Assembly (NCBI GenBank): GCA_964016885.1
Contig: OZ024740.1
Span: forward strand, 202,306,001 to 202,370,000
Reading direction: 5' to 3'
Source of the DNA: Eledone cirrhosa
Lineage: Eukaryota
Length of the DNA stretch: 64,000 bases
Part shown: positions 38,137-51,410 of the stretch, in pieces
Layout of the letters: each line of letters opens with the position of its first letter
Position numbering within the stretch: the stretch's first letter is position 1
Made by a program: the position numbers and the translations under genes
Notes under the pieces: model-generated
Database searches by the model: none
What the model saw: only the letters and a program-made list of their open reading frames with translations
Told to the model about the DNA's origin: nothing

Positions 38137-38864
38137 TCCTATGAAGTTGTATCTCATAGATTTCTCAAGTGTTTCAATGGTAAGAACTCCAGTTTTATCA
38201 TGAAAAGCAACATGAAATGAAGAGTTTTGCTCAAGAACACAACACACCATTTGGTGGAGGAATGAAACCCATAACCTTATTATCATAAGTCCAACACCCT
38301 AACCACTAGGCCACACATCTTCACTGCTACTTCCTGGTTCTTAATTCCCTTCCTTCCAATTACAGAAGCAAGGTTTTCTGTTCACATGGTCCCCTTATAT
38401 TTGAACTCCCTTCTTCTCTGCCTTCTTACAATTATTGTTTCATATCTCTCCTACCTCCTTTATTGACACACACTCTCTCCCTCTCTCTGCCTCCATCTCT
38501 ATTCCATCACTTTCTTTTACTTTTCCTCTCTATCCCATCACTTCTACCCCTTCCCTCTCTCTCTGTTCCATTACTTTTATCCTCCTCCTCTCCTCGCCTC
38601 ATCACTTCTCTCCTCAGCCCCTCCCACCCTTTGTGTCTTATCACTTCTCCCCCTCTCCTTCCACCCCTCTCTCTTTCTCTCACTGTCCCTGTAGCATCAC
38701 TTCTCTCCTCTGCCTCTCTCCCACATGACCAACTCACCAACCTCTATTCTTCTCTCACTTCCTCATCATCTATTCTGTAAGGAATCCCCTGTGTAATTAC
38801 TGGTAATATATAACAGTAGTTCATTTAGATATTGATATTATCAGTGAATGCCAGCATAACAAAG

Positions 38865-39320
38865 CTGTTGTTGTATGACTGCTGTTGTTGTTGTTGTATG
38901 GCTGTTGTTGTTGTTGTTGTTGTTGCATGGCTGTTGTTGTGTGATTTGTGTTGGATGTTGTGGTGTAGAATGGTATAGTGGTTGTTCTTAGGGGTTGTTG
39001 TTAGGCAGTGGTGTTGTGTTATGTGGTAGTTTTTTTTAGGTGTTGTTATGTGGTGTTTTTATGTGCTGTTGTGTTGTTAGGTGTTGTTGTAATGATATGT
39101 GATGTTGTTGTTGTAATGTAATGTTAGATGTTGTTATATGGTGTTGTAATGTTGTTATATGGTGTTGTTGTTGTAATGTTGTTATATGATGTTGTTGTAA
39201 TGTTGTTATATGGTGTTGTAATGTTGTTATATGGTGTTGTTGTAATGTTGTATGGTGTTGTTGTAATGTTAGATGTTGTTGTTGTAATGTTGTAATGTTG
39301 TTGTTGTAATGTTATATTAT
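38865..39320. repeat. (GTT)n-derived low-complexity tract
   Basis: Direct reading. Similar trinucleotide tracts at 18820-19345, 21320-21435 and 40150-40352. Confidence 0.9.
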
Positions 39321-40690
39321 TTTAGTATGTTTATTATAGTGGCATCCTGTATTGTTTTCTGAAAGCCTTCAATATCTTTTACATTTTTGTATTGATTTTA
39401 TATTTTATTGTTGTTCTGTCATTACCGAACCAATATAAAGTCATCACTTGTGGTCACTTGTAGTCACTTTGATTACTTGTGGTCACTTTGATTACTTGTG
39501 GTCACTTGTGGTCAGTTCCTGTTATCATTTGTGGTCACTTGTGGTCAGATCCTGTTGTATCAATATTTCAGACACCAAACTTAGCTCTCTGTTTCATCAT
39601 CATCATCATCATTTCTACATCTGTTATTATTTCAAAGCTTTCATGGATTAGATGTCTTTCATGGATTAGATGTCTTTTTCTATTATCATCTCCTTTGTGA
39701 GGTTCAATATCCTGAGATTAGCTTCCCTCCATTTGAAGTTCCTGGTATTTCATCATCTAAGGATCACACTTCATATGCCTCATATGTCCATAGCATTGCA
39801 TTCTTCTCTCCTGCACACTACATATAATTCCTCTTATATGTAGGTTTTCTCTCAACTCATCTATATTGACCAATGCCTTGTTAGTAAAATTTGGTAGACT
39901 GAAACTGGGCAGAAGCTTGTTGTATATTCATGTGTGTGAATATCTTCATGTTGATATCACTTAAACAACCGGTGACATTTGTTTATGACCTGCAGCGTAG
40001 CGGTTTGATGTGTGAAGTTTGGAATAACTACCACACTGAAAAATAATGTATGGGTTGGCATCATGAAAGGTATCTGGCTATGATATATTGCCCCAAGAAA
40101 GATTTGTTCAACCCATACAAGCATGGAAAAAATAAAATGACATAAAATTGATGATGAGAATGGTAATGGTGTTGATGGTGATGGTGATAATGATGAGAAT
40201 AGTAATGTTAGTGGTGACGGTGATGATATTGATGTTAATGGTGATGGTGTTGATGGTGATGGTGATGGTGTTGATGATGGTGATGGTGTTGTTGGTGATG
40301 ATGTTGATGGTGATGATGATGAGAATGGTGACGGTGTTGATGTTGATGGTGATCATACTAGCTTTAGATGGAATATGTAAAATAATATCATCCTAATAAA
40401 TATTTTCATTTTGCAGCATTTCCACCCCCCCCCCCATTTACTAAACTCAAACCTGTTTAAATCTGAAATACTTCTCACCTCCTTCTATTCCTTACACCTC
40501 ACAGCACTCATAATAGGCTTTTTATTCTCTCACTGCATGCAGCACATTTTCCTATATCTCTATAGTTCTCTTTCATGCATGTGTGTGTATGTGTATATAT
40601 ATATATATATATATTACCCACTCTACTACCCTAAGTATTGAGTACTTTGGTGCGTTATGGTCCATCTGGTTCCTTACCACATTTCCTTTG

Positions 40691-40726
<36 letters not shown>

Positions 40727-41185
40727 CAAGGAGACAACAAACAGAGGTACACACATATATGAAAAGTTCAAAGGCTGGCCAAGATACTGTCATGAAATGA
40801 CCAAATGAGGTTTCTTTTTCAAAGAAACAATGCAGTTATTAATAAGAAGAGTTGAAATTAATGCATGCAAGATTTCACAGCTCTAGCATCACTCCTTCAT
40901 AGTCAGCCTATGCACTTTTCACCTTACCCGCATACACACACACTCTCTCACACACGCACACATATATATTAAATGATTTGGGAAGCATTAGTAAAATTTG
41001 AAATGTGTGTATTCCAATATAAGTGAAGACGGTAGTAATGGAGACAATCTGATCAAGTATCTTTGGTGCAGGCAACTTTGTCTGTTATTTCTTGGGATCT
41101 GGGGGTACTTCACTCGATTTTCTCAACTATTATTTATCGTGATTGATTATTATTGTAGTCATTTGTGTTGGGATGCTCACATTTC

Positions 41186-41218
<33 letters not shown>

Positions 41219-41730
41219 TCATAGTGAATAGTAACTTTGACTATTATAGGCTTTCTGATAAAGTGTAATAAATAATTAACTATTGCATATGATTGAACAA
41301 TATATATTTTAGTCAGCATATGTAGACAATTATAATAGACAGAGAAACATATGTTAAAGCAAATAAATTCCTAATCTCTTTCACGCTGACATTTTATTTT
41401 TCTTTGTGAAATACTTGCTTATATATATATACACACACACACAATGGTCAGTGCAATTGATATCTAGATGCTTTCTTAAATCACTTTTACTAAACTCTTC
41501 TCTTAACACCAACACTAATGTGAACCCTTTAATTCTTATTTAATTATAGCACATTTACTACATTCACTGTCTATATGTAATGGCTATATGATACATTTAT
41601 ATATGTCTTCTATATTTTGTAGTTATATAACAAACTTATATATATGTCATGTATGTATTTAAGTATGTGTATGTGTGTGTGGTTTATTTCTGGGCTATAT
41701 AACACATATTTTCTATAGTTCATTATTGTG

Positions 41731-41764
<34 letters not shown>

Positions 41765-42379
41765 GTCTTCTATATTTCATACCTATATAACAAGATGTCT
41801 TATATGTGTTATGAATTATCTACCCTTTGTCCCTTTATAAGTGATTTTTCAGCAAACCTATCTTCTGTTTTCAAATTATATGTATTTAATTAACCCTTTT
41901 TATACCAAACTATGATACAAAACTGTTTATTTAACATTTTTAATACCTGAAAGCTTTCCATTATATAGGTGGATTGGCAGTATCGGTAGAGGGTCGGACG
42001 CCATGCTTTGACGTATAGAGTTACGGCCCTTTACGGTCTGAGTTCAAATCCCGCCGAGGTTAACTTTGCCTTTCATCCTTACGGGGGTTGATAAAATAAA
42101 GTACCTGTAATGTACTGGGTAATTGCTGGCCTTGTGCCAAATGTAGAAACAATTATAATTTATATAAGAACTTTTGTTAAGTTAGGTTCCAAATACCAGT
42201 TTGATAATGAGAAAATTAATTATATTACTAAATCCCTTCAAATTCTCGATTATTTTCAAAATGATTTGAAAATCCTAAGCAGTGTCTTTCATTAGAAATA
42301 TGGTCATTGTGGTTGGTGAATTTGCTAGAAATAGTAGCCCAAATTTTCTCAAATCACATCCTATCATCTTAAAAAAAGC

Positions 42380-42852
42380 TCAGTGTACTCTGTAAAGTGG
42401 TAGTGCTGGTGTCACAATAAAATGCACTCAGTGCACTCTGTAAAGTGGTTTTGCTGGTGCCACACTAAAATGCACTCAGTGCACTCTGTAAAGTGGTTTT
42501 GCTGGTTCCACAATAAAATGCACTCAGTGCAATCTGTAAAGTGGTAGTGCTGGTGCCACAATAAAATGCACTCAGTGCACTATGTAAAGTGGTAGTGCTG
42601 GTGCCACAATAAAATGTACTCAGTGTATCCTGCAAAGTTATTGTGCTGGTGCCCAGTCAACCTTGTCAAATGGTAGTAGCAATGCCATGATAAAATGCAC
42701 CAAGTACATACTGTGAAGTGGTTGGTGGTAGAAAGGCCATCCAGCCTTAGAAACCATGCCAAAATATGACATATAAGCTAGATGTGATCACCTGGCAGTC
42801 TGTCTAACCCATGTAACTGTAAAAAATAGACATAAAATGGTGTTGATGATGA
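42380..42852 (+). repeat. 48-bp minisatellite running into an RTE-3'-UTR-related SINE tail
   Basis: Unit ctctgtaaagtggtagtgctggtgtcacaataaaatgcactcagtgca. The related tail (ggaagggcatccagctgtagaaa...(TGA)n) also occurs at 1650-1930, 13690-14005, 20970-21140 and 35910-36310. Confidence 0.8.
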
Positions 42853-42972
42853 AATAAAGAAATACAAGTGGAGTTTTTTACAAGTTCTAATTAGTTGAAA
42901 AGTTAGAAGGAATGAAATCAGTAAAAATATACTCTAATATGAAAGGTTTCTTTCATAAGACCATTTGTGGCT

Positions 42973-43345
42973 TTAACCCTTTAGCATTTACATTACTCTA
43001 TATTTACTATTATATTTTCACAGTAAGGGCTTTATCTCACATAATATCGAAGCTATGAGATTTTAATAAAGAACAATACCTTAACATCAGTATGAGTGGC
43101 CGGTTACAGCTGGTTTGAACAGAAAGAGGTGAGCGAATTCTGGTTGGATATGGCCGGTTTAACCCATTAGCATTTACATTACTCTATATTATATTTTCAT
43201 GCTAAAGGCTTTACCTCACATAATATTAAATCTGAGATTTTGATGTTATTTATTTTGAGAACAATATCTTAACATAAGTATGTGTGGCCAGTAACAGCTG
43301 GTGTGAACAGAAAGGGCTGAGAGAATTCTGGCAGGATACGGTCGG
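42973..43345. mobile_element. Two tandem piggyBac-type MITEs (second family)
   Basis: TTAA|ccctttagcattta... ; copies at 12034-12240 and 37342-37540. Confidence 0.7.
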
Positions 43346-43460
43346 TTTAAATTCTAAAAAGTTAAGGTCCCAGGTTCTCCACCCTTCAACTAGACACCTC
43401 AGTAGTCCAGTATATATATGTCTGTCGCTTCTAATATTGGATATTTTGATTATTTTTCAG

Positions 43461-43649
43461 CGGATGTCATTACTGGCAGGTTTTGCACTTCAAGTGAACT
43501 CTGTACTGAAAATAGAACCAATTCCTATTGAGTTGCCAAAGACAAATTCCAAAGGAAAGGAAACTGTGTGTATTGAAGCACCATCTATCTACAGTGGCTT
43601 AACCAATGTTCAGTTTCGTTTGTTGTCCTTTGATCTTCTTCAAGGACAG
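43461..43649 (+). CDS. LIPE: Hormone-sensitive lipase, coding exon
   Basis: tatttttcag acceptor, cag|gtaaga donor, 189 nt. RMSLLAGFALQVNSVLKIEP...VQFRLLSFDLLQGQ corresponds to HSL 'VLVRLISYDLREGQ'. Confidence 0.92.
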
Positions 43650-44732
43650 GTAAGATCACCACTTTCTTTTTCTTCTTCTTCTTTTTTCTTCTTTTTCTTT
43701 TTCTTCTTTTTCTTTTTCTTCAGAAGTTAAGGCTTCATTAGAAATATTAAGATAATTGATGCCCCCCTCTCTCTTTCTCATCATCACTATTTAATGCTAG
43801 CATGGGTTAGATGGGTTGTCCTATTTAAGGCAAGTCAAGGTCAGATAACAATGTCTTGCTCATACAGAACCGATTTGGGCTTGGTTTCTACGGTTGGATG
43901 CCCTTTCTAACACCAACCGCATTTACAGGGTGCTTTTTGTTGTGATACCTACATGACAACTTTATAATGTGGGCTGGGTGCTTTTTGTCGTGACACCTAC
44001 ACAACAACTTTACAATGTGGGCTGGGTGTTTTTTTTTTTGTGATACCTACATAACCTCTTTACAGTGTGGGCTGGTGCTTTTTGTCGTGACACCTACACG
44101 ACAACCATCATCATCCATCTCATATATCATCGTCATGCTTTGACGCATAGAGTTACGGCCCTTGCCATTCTGAGTTCAAATCCCGCCAAGGTTAACTTTG
44201 CCTTTCATCCTTGCGGAGTCGATAAAATAAAGTACCAGTAATGCACTGGGTAATTGCTGGCCTTGTGCCAAAAGTAGAAACAATTATTTTTCTGCCTATC
44301 TTTCTGTGCTTGCATGGGTTGGATGTGTCTTCTTTAGCACAGCTTTCCTCCACATGTGTCCTGTCCTCTGTGAGGTTCAGCTATTTGAGATCATCTCATA
44401 TCACTACTTCTGCTCAACTTTTCCTCGGTCTTCCATTTCTGCAGCTTCCCTCCACTTGTCATCTTCCTTTGCCGTCTCCTCTGTGAGGTTCAGCATGTCC
44501 CGATCAGCTCTCATCACTCCTACCCAAGTTTTCCTTGGTCTTCCCTTTCTGTGGCTACCTTCCACTATGTCCTGACACTTCTTCACCTAATGATCATCAT
44601 CTTTATACCCCACATGTCTATACCAGCACTGTCTTCTCTTTTGCAAACTACACCCGGTTCCTCTTTGTTAAATAAAATTCATATAAAAAATCATAAATGT
44701 TCAGAAATTTTCAATTCATTTCAATTTTCCAG

Positions 44733-44855
44733 GAAAAACTTCTAAAAGATCATCTGATAATCCGTTTACCAAATAAATCACAGCCACCATCACCTAGCCT
44801 CCTCTTCCATATCCATGGCGGAGGTTTTGTTGCTCAGTCGTCAAAGTCCCATGAA
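44733..44855 (+). CDS. LIPE: Hormone-sensitive lipase, exon with oxyanion-hole HGGG motif
   Basis: caattttccag acceptor, gaa|gtaaga donor, 123 nt. ...SPSLLFHIHGGGFVAQSSKSHE. Confidence 0.96.
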
Positions 44856-45081
44856 GTAAGATTTTTTTTTATTAATTCTTAATAACATAAACATATTTCT
44901 TTTTGTTATTATTAGACCAGCAGGATTGGTAGCTTCCCCTAGACATGTAGGGTGGAAATGGTGGTGCTTCACTCCTGCCCTACTTTTAAGTTGAGTCAAC
45001 ATATATGGCTTCATATGCAAATGAGGCTAATTAGCCCACCTACACAGGCAAAAATACTATATATTCTCGCCTGTTTATAAG

Positions 45082-45174
45082 TTTCAGCAGAAAGCAGCAG
45101 GGAAACACTGTCCTGATGAGATCCATTAGCTTGAAATGCGCATAGACAGTTATCCCTCGCTGCTTTTGCTGGAA
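45082..45174 (+). ncRNA. Hammerhead motif with long extended stem I
   Basis: tttcagcagaaagcagc.aggga..actgtc CTGATGA gatccattagctt GAAA tgcgca TA gacagt..tccct.cgctgcttttgctggaa; stem II is weak. Confidence 0.65.
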
Positions 45175-45231
45175 TCTGCTAGATGGCGCTGGCCATCAGC
45201 TTTTATTCATAGCTGGGCTTTTCCTTTCCCC

Positions 45232-45450
45232 TGTAGCCGGAGGCATTTGGACTTACCTTGTGTCTCTCTGGTCTATGTGGGGGTACTTTCTGCTCGCGTC
45301 TGTCTACACACGTCCGTCACCTTGCAGGCCGTATAGCTATGAGGCCTCTGTTGACTGCCTGGTCCCTCGAGTCGCCCCAGTCCCCCAACTTCCGGCAATC
45401 CCGCTCCCATGGTAGCTCTACAGCTCCCTCTATCTCGCAGTAGCCCCACA
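45232..45450 (-). repeat. 3' LTR of Gypsy element
   Basis: tgtagccggaggcat...cagtagccccaca; diverged copy of 48580-48820. Confidence 0.9.
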
Positions 45451-48400
45451 CGCTCCCCGATCTCAAGGATCAGTCCCCCCCATCACACTGCTCCATCTCA
45501 AAATCTGCCATCCACCTAGGTTGGCGGCGGCTCCATTGCGATCTCCGCACTGTTGGGGCGGCACTTTCATTTTCCTCTTCCTCGGAGTCCGTCACCACAA
45601 CGACTCTACGGACGTCCAAGGCATGGCATTCCGTCCACAGACACGTTGTTTTCGGAATTTACGTGCATTCGGGGGCTTGACCCATACCTCTTCACCCACT
45701 CGTACGAATGCTCTCTCTCTCTCCACCGGCTGCTGTGGTACCATGCACAGATGTCGCCATTCATATCTGTATATTGCCCTGTGCGGCACCGACTCCTCGG
45801 CCTGTCCCATCCGCGGAGACATGTACCAGAACACTGCCTCTGTTGGCGAAATGAGCCCCATTTCCACCATAGCCTTGATCGTGCGATGGTGTCTCTCCCC
45901 AATCCCATTTCCATTCGGCCTGTATGCCGCTCTGAAGAAATGGTTCACCTTCCATTTGTCAAGCATTTCCCTCAGTGCCTCCGAGTGAAACGCCGTGCTG
46001 TTGTCCATCAGCAGTTCTTCCACAGGGCCCCGCTCCAAGAATATCTCTCTCAGCGTTCGCAGGATTTCCTCCGCAGTTTCTGTCTTCATTTCCCTCCATA
46101 TCGCCATCTGCCCTGACCCACAATTGACCATCGAAAGATACGTTCCTTGTCAGTAGTGTGTCATGTCCACCGCCAATTGCTTCCAGTTGTGCTCCACCGG
46201 GGTGCTGCCTGTCTTGTGTACACCCGGGGCAGGGTCGATAGACGGGTATCTGTCACAACCTCTGAGCACTCTCTGGACACTCTGTCTGTTAACATCAGAG
46301 TCGATTCTCCTGTCCTAGCCACCCCCATGTGGTGCATGGCGTGCAGTCCCCTCAACTCCGAATCACTCAGCCGACATACTGCCGCTATCCCCTTCTCTAC
46401 ATCGCCTGGCGTTTCCAGCAAGGCTTTCTTCACCCTGGTTAATACGTCTGCCCTGTTTTTCTCTGAGGGCACAAAAACCACACTCAACTCCAGGCCAAAC
46501 TCAGTGGACAGCTCTCCCAGAGTTGCCAGGCGGCGCTTTATCAAAGTTTCTGCTAACCTTCTCGTTCGCACCCTCCTCTCACTGGTAAGCACTAATCTCA
46601 CCCATTCGAGTACAGTGGCCGAGTCAGTGCTGATTTCTATGGTGCGCAGCCCCACCTCAGGGCGAGATTAACTCCCCTCAGCACAGCATTCAGTTCGGTC
46701 AAGTTGATGTGGTTGTAGTCCTCCTTCTTCCTGAGCCAGGCTGCGTCCTCGACCTCGATGCCCCCTATCTCCAGAGTGACCCCTAGTGATATGCTGCATC
46801 ACACCATACGGTCCCGCTCTCCGATTTGGAGACGTACCACCGTCCTTTCACTGGATCATCCGCCTTTACCCTCTCCACGATTTCCTGCATCATGGCCACT
46901 GTCCTCTCTCCAACCCTGTCAGCCCAGCTCAGTCCGTCTCTTGACATAGCTGCCGTCCGGAGCCACCCTGCGATAGGATAGTGGCCCACCAATTTACCAC
47001 ACATTGAGAAGAGTTCCTGTCTATTCATATCGGGGCCCAGTTACGAGAATTCGTTACCCCTCCGAAACGTAAGTGTGCCCGTGTTATCCCTTTGCAACCT
47101 GAGTCCTAGCGCGGCTCCTCCTTCCATCGCGGTCAGCCCGAACCTTCCCAAGTGGCCTGAGACTTCTGCTGCTGACACTACTGTCTCGTCCACCAACATG
47201 TCGTCGATGTAGAAGTTGGTGGCCTTCTTCACCTTGTCCGCTTTCCCCAGAATGGCCTTGAGGACCGTCGCCATGATTTTTGGTGCAGAGTTCAACCCGA
47301 AGCCAAGCCTGGTCAGACAGTATGTCTGGCCCTTATACCTGACCAGCTGATATTTCCACAGCTTCTCATCCACGTGTAACTGCAGATATGCCAACTTTAA
47401 GTTGACAATTGTGGAGCCCCCCCCTGTCATTTGTCTCCACTCTCGCAAAGTTTCCCCGCAAACATCCGTGACCTCATCGCCTGTGTGGCATGACACGTGT
47501 TTGTTCAGCTCATGAAAGTCCAGCACCGGCCTAACCTTGTTCTTTGTGGGCTGCACCACTGCCATCAGCGGCAACACTCCACACTTCACCTCCTCCTTCC
47601 AAGGAAGCAGTATACCCTCTTCGATCCATCTCTGTACCTCTCCCTGAAACTGGCTTCTGACATTTCCTTTCAGGGTATGCTGATAGCAGCCCACTCTGTT
47701 CTTCAGCGTTGGTAGATCTCCCTTCCAGGACCACTCAACTACCCACCGCCCTGAAATCCTTGTCCTGTGTGGTGTTTTCTTCGTGGATTCTCCCACGCGC
47801 ACAACACATTATGTCCTCTCGCTACCAAACGTCACCTCGACTTCAGTCACTGTAACACCTCCAAGGCAGCCAATTGTGTCCATGCCCATTACTAAATCGA
47901 TTCTGTCCATCACCTGGTCAATCACGATCGCCCGAAGCCTAATTTTTCTTCCCCGTTCCACCATCGACACCTCGCTGGTACCTCTGCATCTAATCTCCCT
48001 GTTGTCGACTGCCCTTATACTGCTCATCCCGCTGCACTTTTTAACCACCTCCATGGTCACTAGTGTTGTTGTGCAACCTGTGTCCACGAGTGCTCACGAT
48101 GGCTTCCTTTCCACCAAAACTTCCACTATGGGCAGCGACTGCAAAGGCGCTTCTACTTGCTTCCAGGAGTGGCTACCGGCGCAGTAGCCCCCTTAGTCCA
48201 TTTCCCTGGTCGCAATTATTTGCGATGTGGCCTGGTCGCTTGCAGCGATAACAGACTATGGCTGGCTTCGGCTCTCTGCAGTCCCTTGCCATGTGCGGGC
48301 CCTGGCACCTGAAGCACCGGCCTCCGAACATACGCGGACGACTATTCACAATGGCTGGTCTCCTTTCGTCATACGTCGGTTGCTGTCGACTGCCATGGGC

Positions 48401-48579
48401 TTCCGTCACTGCCAGTGCTGCAACACTCCATCTCGTGTCCTATGTTATTACACGGGCCTGTGCGATGAGCTTGCTCATGCTCTCATCTCCCTGTTGCCGG
48501 GCAGCTGTTGGAGCATGGCGCATTCGCGTTCTACCGCAAATCCGGCCAACGGGAAATTTCATTAAACGCCAAAATAGCT

Positions 48580-48820
48580 TGTAGCCGGAGGCATTCGGAC
48601 TTACCTTCCGTCTCTCTGGTCCACATGGGGGTACTTTCCGCTAACGTCTGTCTTCGGACGTTTGTCACCTTGCAGGGCGTATAGCTAAAAGGCCTCTGTT
48701 GACCGCCTGGTCCCTCGAGTCGCCCCGTCCTCCTGCTTCTGGTCAGGCATCCCCCAACTTTCGGCAATCCCTCTCTCACGGCAGCTCTACACCCCCCCTC
48801 TATCTTGCAGCAGCTCCACA
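48580..48820 (-). repeat. 5' LTR of Gypsy element
   Basis: tgtagccggaggcat...cagcagctccaca; has about 22 extra nt relative to the other LTR. Confidence 0.9.
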
Positions 48821-48892
48821 TCCCCTTAATTACTAGCTTTGAGCCAATAGTAGAAATTGTTATTGTTATTTTTGTCTTTCTAATTTTTCTAG

Positions 48893-49037
48893 GTTTACCT
48901 CCGTCAATGGGCCCATGAACTCAAAGTGCCAATTCTGTCTGTAGATTATTCTTTGGCTCCAGAAAATCCATTTCCACGGGCCTTGGAAGAATGTTTATAT
49001 ATTTATTCTTGGGTTTTGAAAAATCCTGAACAAGTTG
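48893..49037 (+). CDS. LIPE: Hormone-sensitive lipase, catalytic-domain exon (not in ORF track)
   Basis: taatttttctag acceptor, g|gtacgt donor, 145 nt, phase 0-1. [48 protein letters not shown](G). Confidence 0.96.
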
Positions 49038-51087
49038 GTACGTATAAAAATAGACATCTTATTACTATTAAAGTTTGAATATTTTGTTAAAATTTATATG
49101 GAATTGGTTTTATTTACATTACCTAGATGACTTAATCATCATTAGGGGAGGATGTTCTGGAATTATGGTTGCCTGGGTAAGGACAGACTGGAAGAAGTTT
49201 AGAGAATTAGTACCTCTGCTGACAGTATAGAGCTTTCTTTCAGAGTGAAGGGTACACTGTATGATGTCTGTGTGTGGAATACAGTGCTACATGGCAGTGA
49301 GACTTGGGCCTTGATTGAAGAAAATCTGTGTAGGTTAGAAAGAAATGAAGCGTGTATGCTCAATGGATTTGTAATGTCAGTGTGAATTAACAATGTAGCA
49401 TAAAAGAGCTGAGAGAAAAACTAGGCATACGAGGAATTGGATGTAGAGTGCAAGAGAAAAGATTACGTTGGTATAGGCATGTGATGCTTATGGAAGTAGT
49501 CAGCTGTATAAAGAAGTAGAGAGACATCTCATTTGATTGGGATGAAGTAGTGAAGACTGACATTAGAAAGTTGAACATTACAGAAGAGATGACAAAGGAC
49601 TGCAAGGATTGGTGTCCTGTAGAACAGAAGACTTGACTACCTGGCCCATTCATGCTCCCCCACCCCACCTGCTACTATCACTCCTTAGTAGCTATTCTCT
49701 CCATCACTCTACACTATCACCTCATTCATGATCCCCTTCATTATCACTATTTAGCTATTCTAACCATTACTGTACCTCTATCCTTCTTACCACCTCTCCT
49801 GGTCCTATCCTCCCTTCTGTAATGTTAGAACAAGACAAAATTTCATATTCATCCAGTAAACCCTGTGAGGTGCTTGGCAATAGCAAGAACATCACACTAG
49901 AAATTTGTTACCATATTTCTGATATGAGCAAGTTTAAAAAATAAAGAGGAGATAATCACAAGAAATTCAGAATTTCTTCCTCTTCTTCTTCGCCCATTTA
50001 TTCCTGAGAGGGTCGTGAGGGAAAAGTCCTCAAACACTCCTCCCAGTGGATCCTGTCAGAAGCAACTGTCTCCAACTGATCCGGCTGGATCTCCAAGCAT
50101 GACCATGGATGTTATCCAACCATCTTGCTCAGTGTCTACCCTTGGGTCTCCTGTCTGTTGGTTTTAATCTGTCCAGCAATTCTTTCCTGAGACATTCTAA
50201 CCACATGCTCATAGTATCAGAGCTGTGATCTCTCAATTCGGAGAAGTAGCAGCTCTACCTGGAGTGACTCTCTGATCACTGAGCTACGCACTCTATCGAA
50301 TAACGTTACTCCAAAGATGTGGGAGTATTGCCAAGAGGTATATTCTTTTTTTTGGGAATTCAGAATTTATCTCTCAAAATAAATTTACATGCTGAGAGGG
50401 AATGGTTGATCTTTACATAGGGACAGCTGTTTTGGTATATTAGATTCTCATCAACATAGCATAGTCTTCTCTTATTGACTAAGTCTGTTTTGTTATAAAT
50501 AGGTATTGTGGGGAGATATCATCGCTCACCAATAATTGTGTGATCCAAATACAGTGCCCGTCATCATCATTGTTTTAAAATTGCTTTCCCTGCTAGCAAG
50601 TGTTTGAGGGGTCCATACAGACCAAGTCAGTACTGAAGTAGAGCCACTGATCTCTTAGGTAGGCCTGGGACCTGTGCGTTTATGTACAGTTTCACATTCC
50701 ATTGAGTGCTCAGGAAAGATCATGCCTTTGACACAACTGAAGATCCTCCCAACCCTTTGTTTGGCAAGATTTCTAAGACTGGATGTTCTTCCTATCACCA
50801 ACCACTTTACAGTGTGGACTGGGTGTGTTTATCGTATAGATCACCAACACTAGGGAGGTTGTCATGTCCTTGACATGATTGACGAGTCCTCTCGATCCTT
50901 TGTTTGCTTGGGAAGCTCTCCCTGGCTGGGAGCCCTTCCTATCACCAACCACTTTGCGGGGTGGGTGAATCTGCCAGGAATGTGTGCATGGGGAGGGGGG
51001 GGGGCTGAAGTAGTGAAGCTGAGAATAACTGTTAGGGAGTGCTAGTGGGGAGGGCAGGTCAGCAAACTTTCAATATATATATATATA

Positions 51088-51127
<40 letters not shown>

Positions 51128-51410
51128 TATTAAATTGTTAAACAATATTCGATGATTATGTCAAAGAATGATTTTTACAGTAGATTGGAAGCATGCAACG
51201 GTAAATAATTTTCAGGAGTTATTATGTCTGTGTGTCGTCTTGGTTATTTTCTTTGTCCTTAGTCTCCCTTCTCCTTTTAATCCTATTGCTTTCCCTTATT
51301 TCTGTGATTTCTGTGCTACTGTCATTACTTGTTCTCTGTGTCTGTGTGTTTGTTAAGATTGTGGTGGTGGTGGGAGGCATTAAATGTGTGTGTGTTGTTG
51401 TTGTTGATGT

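Larger units (their letters stand above)
45232..48820 (-). mobile_element. Decayed Ty3/Gypsy LTR retrotransposon in HSL intron
   Basis: TG...CA direct repeats at 45232-45450 and 48580-48820, with TCCCC on both sides (45227-45231, 48821-48825). Minus-strand order: CCHC knuckles (CFRCQGPHMARDC, CYRCKRPGHIANNC), protease (DTGCTT), RT (RPVLDF, GFGLNSAP, YIDD), RNase H, integrase (MDN, NG.GER.HRTIK). Many frameshifts. Confidence 0.93.
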
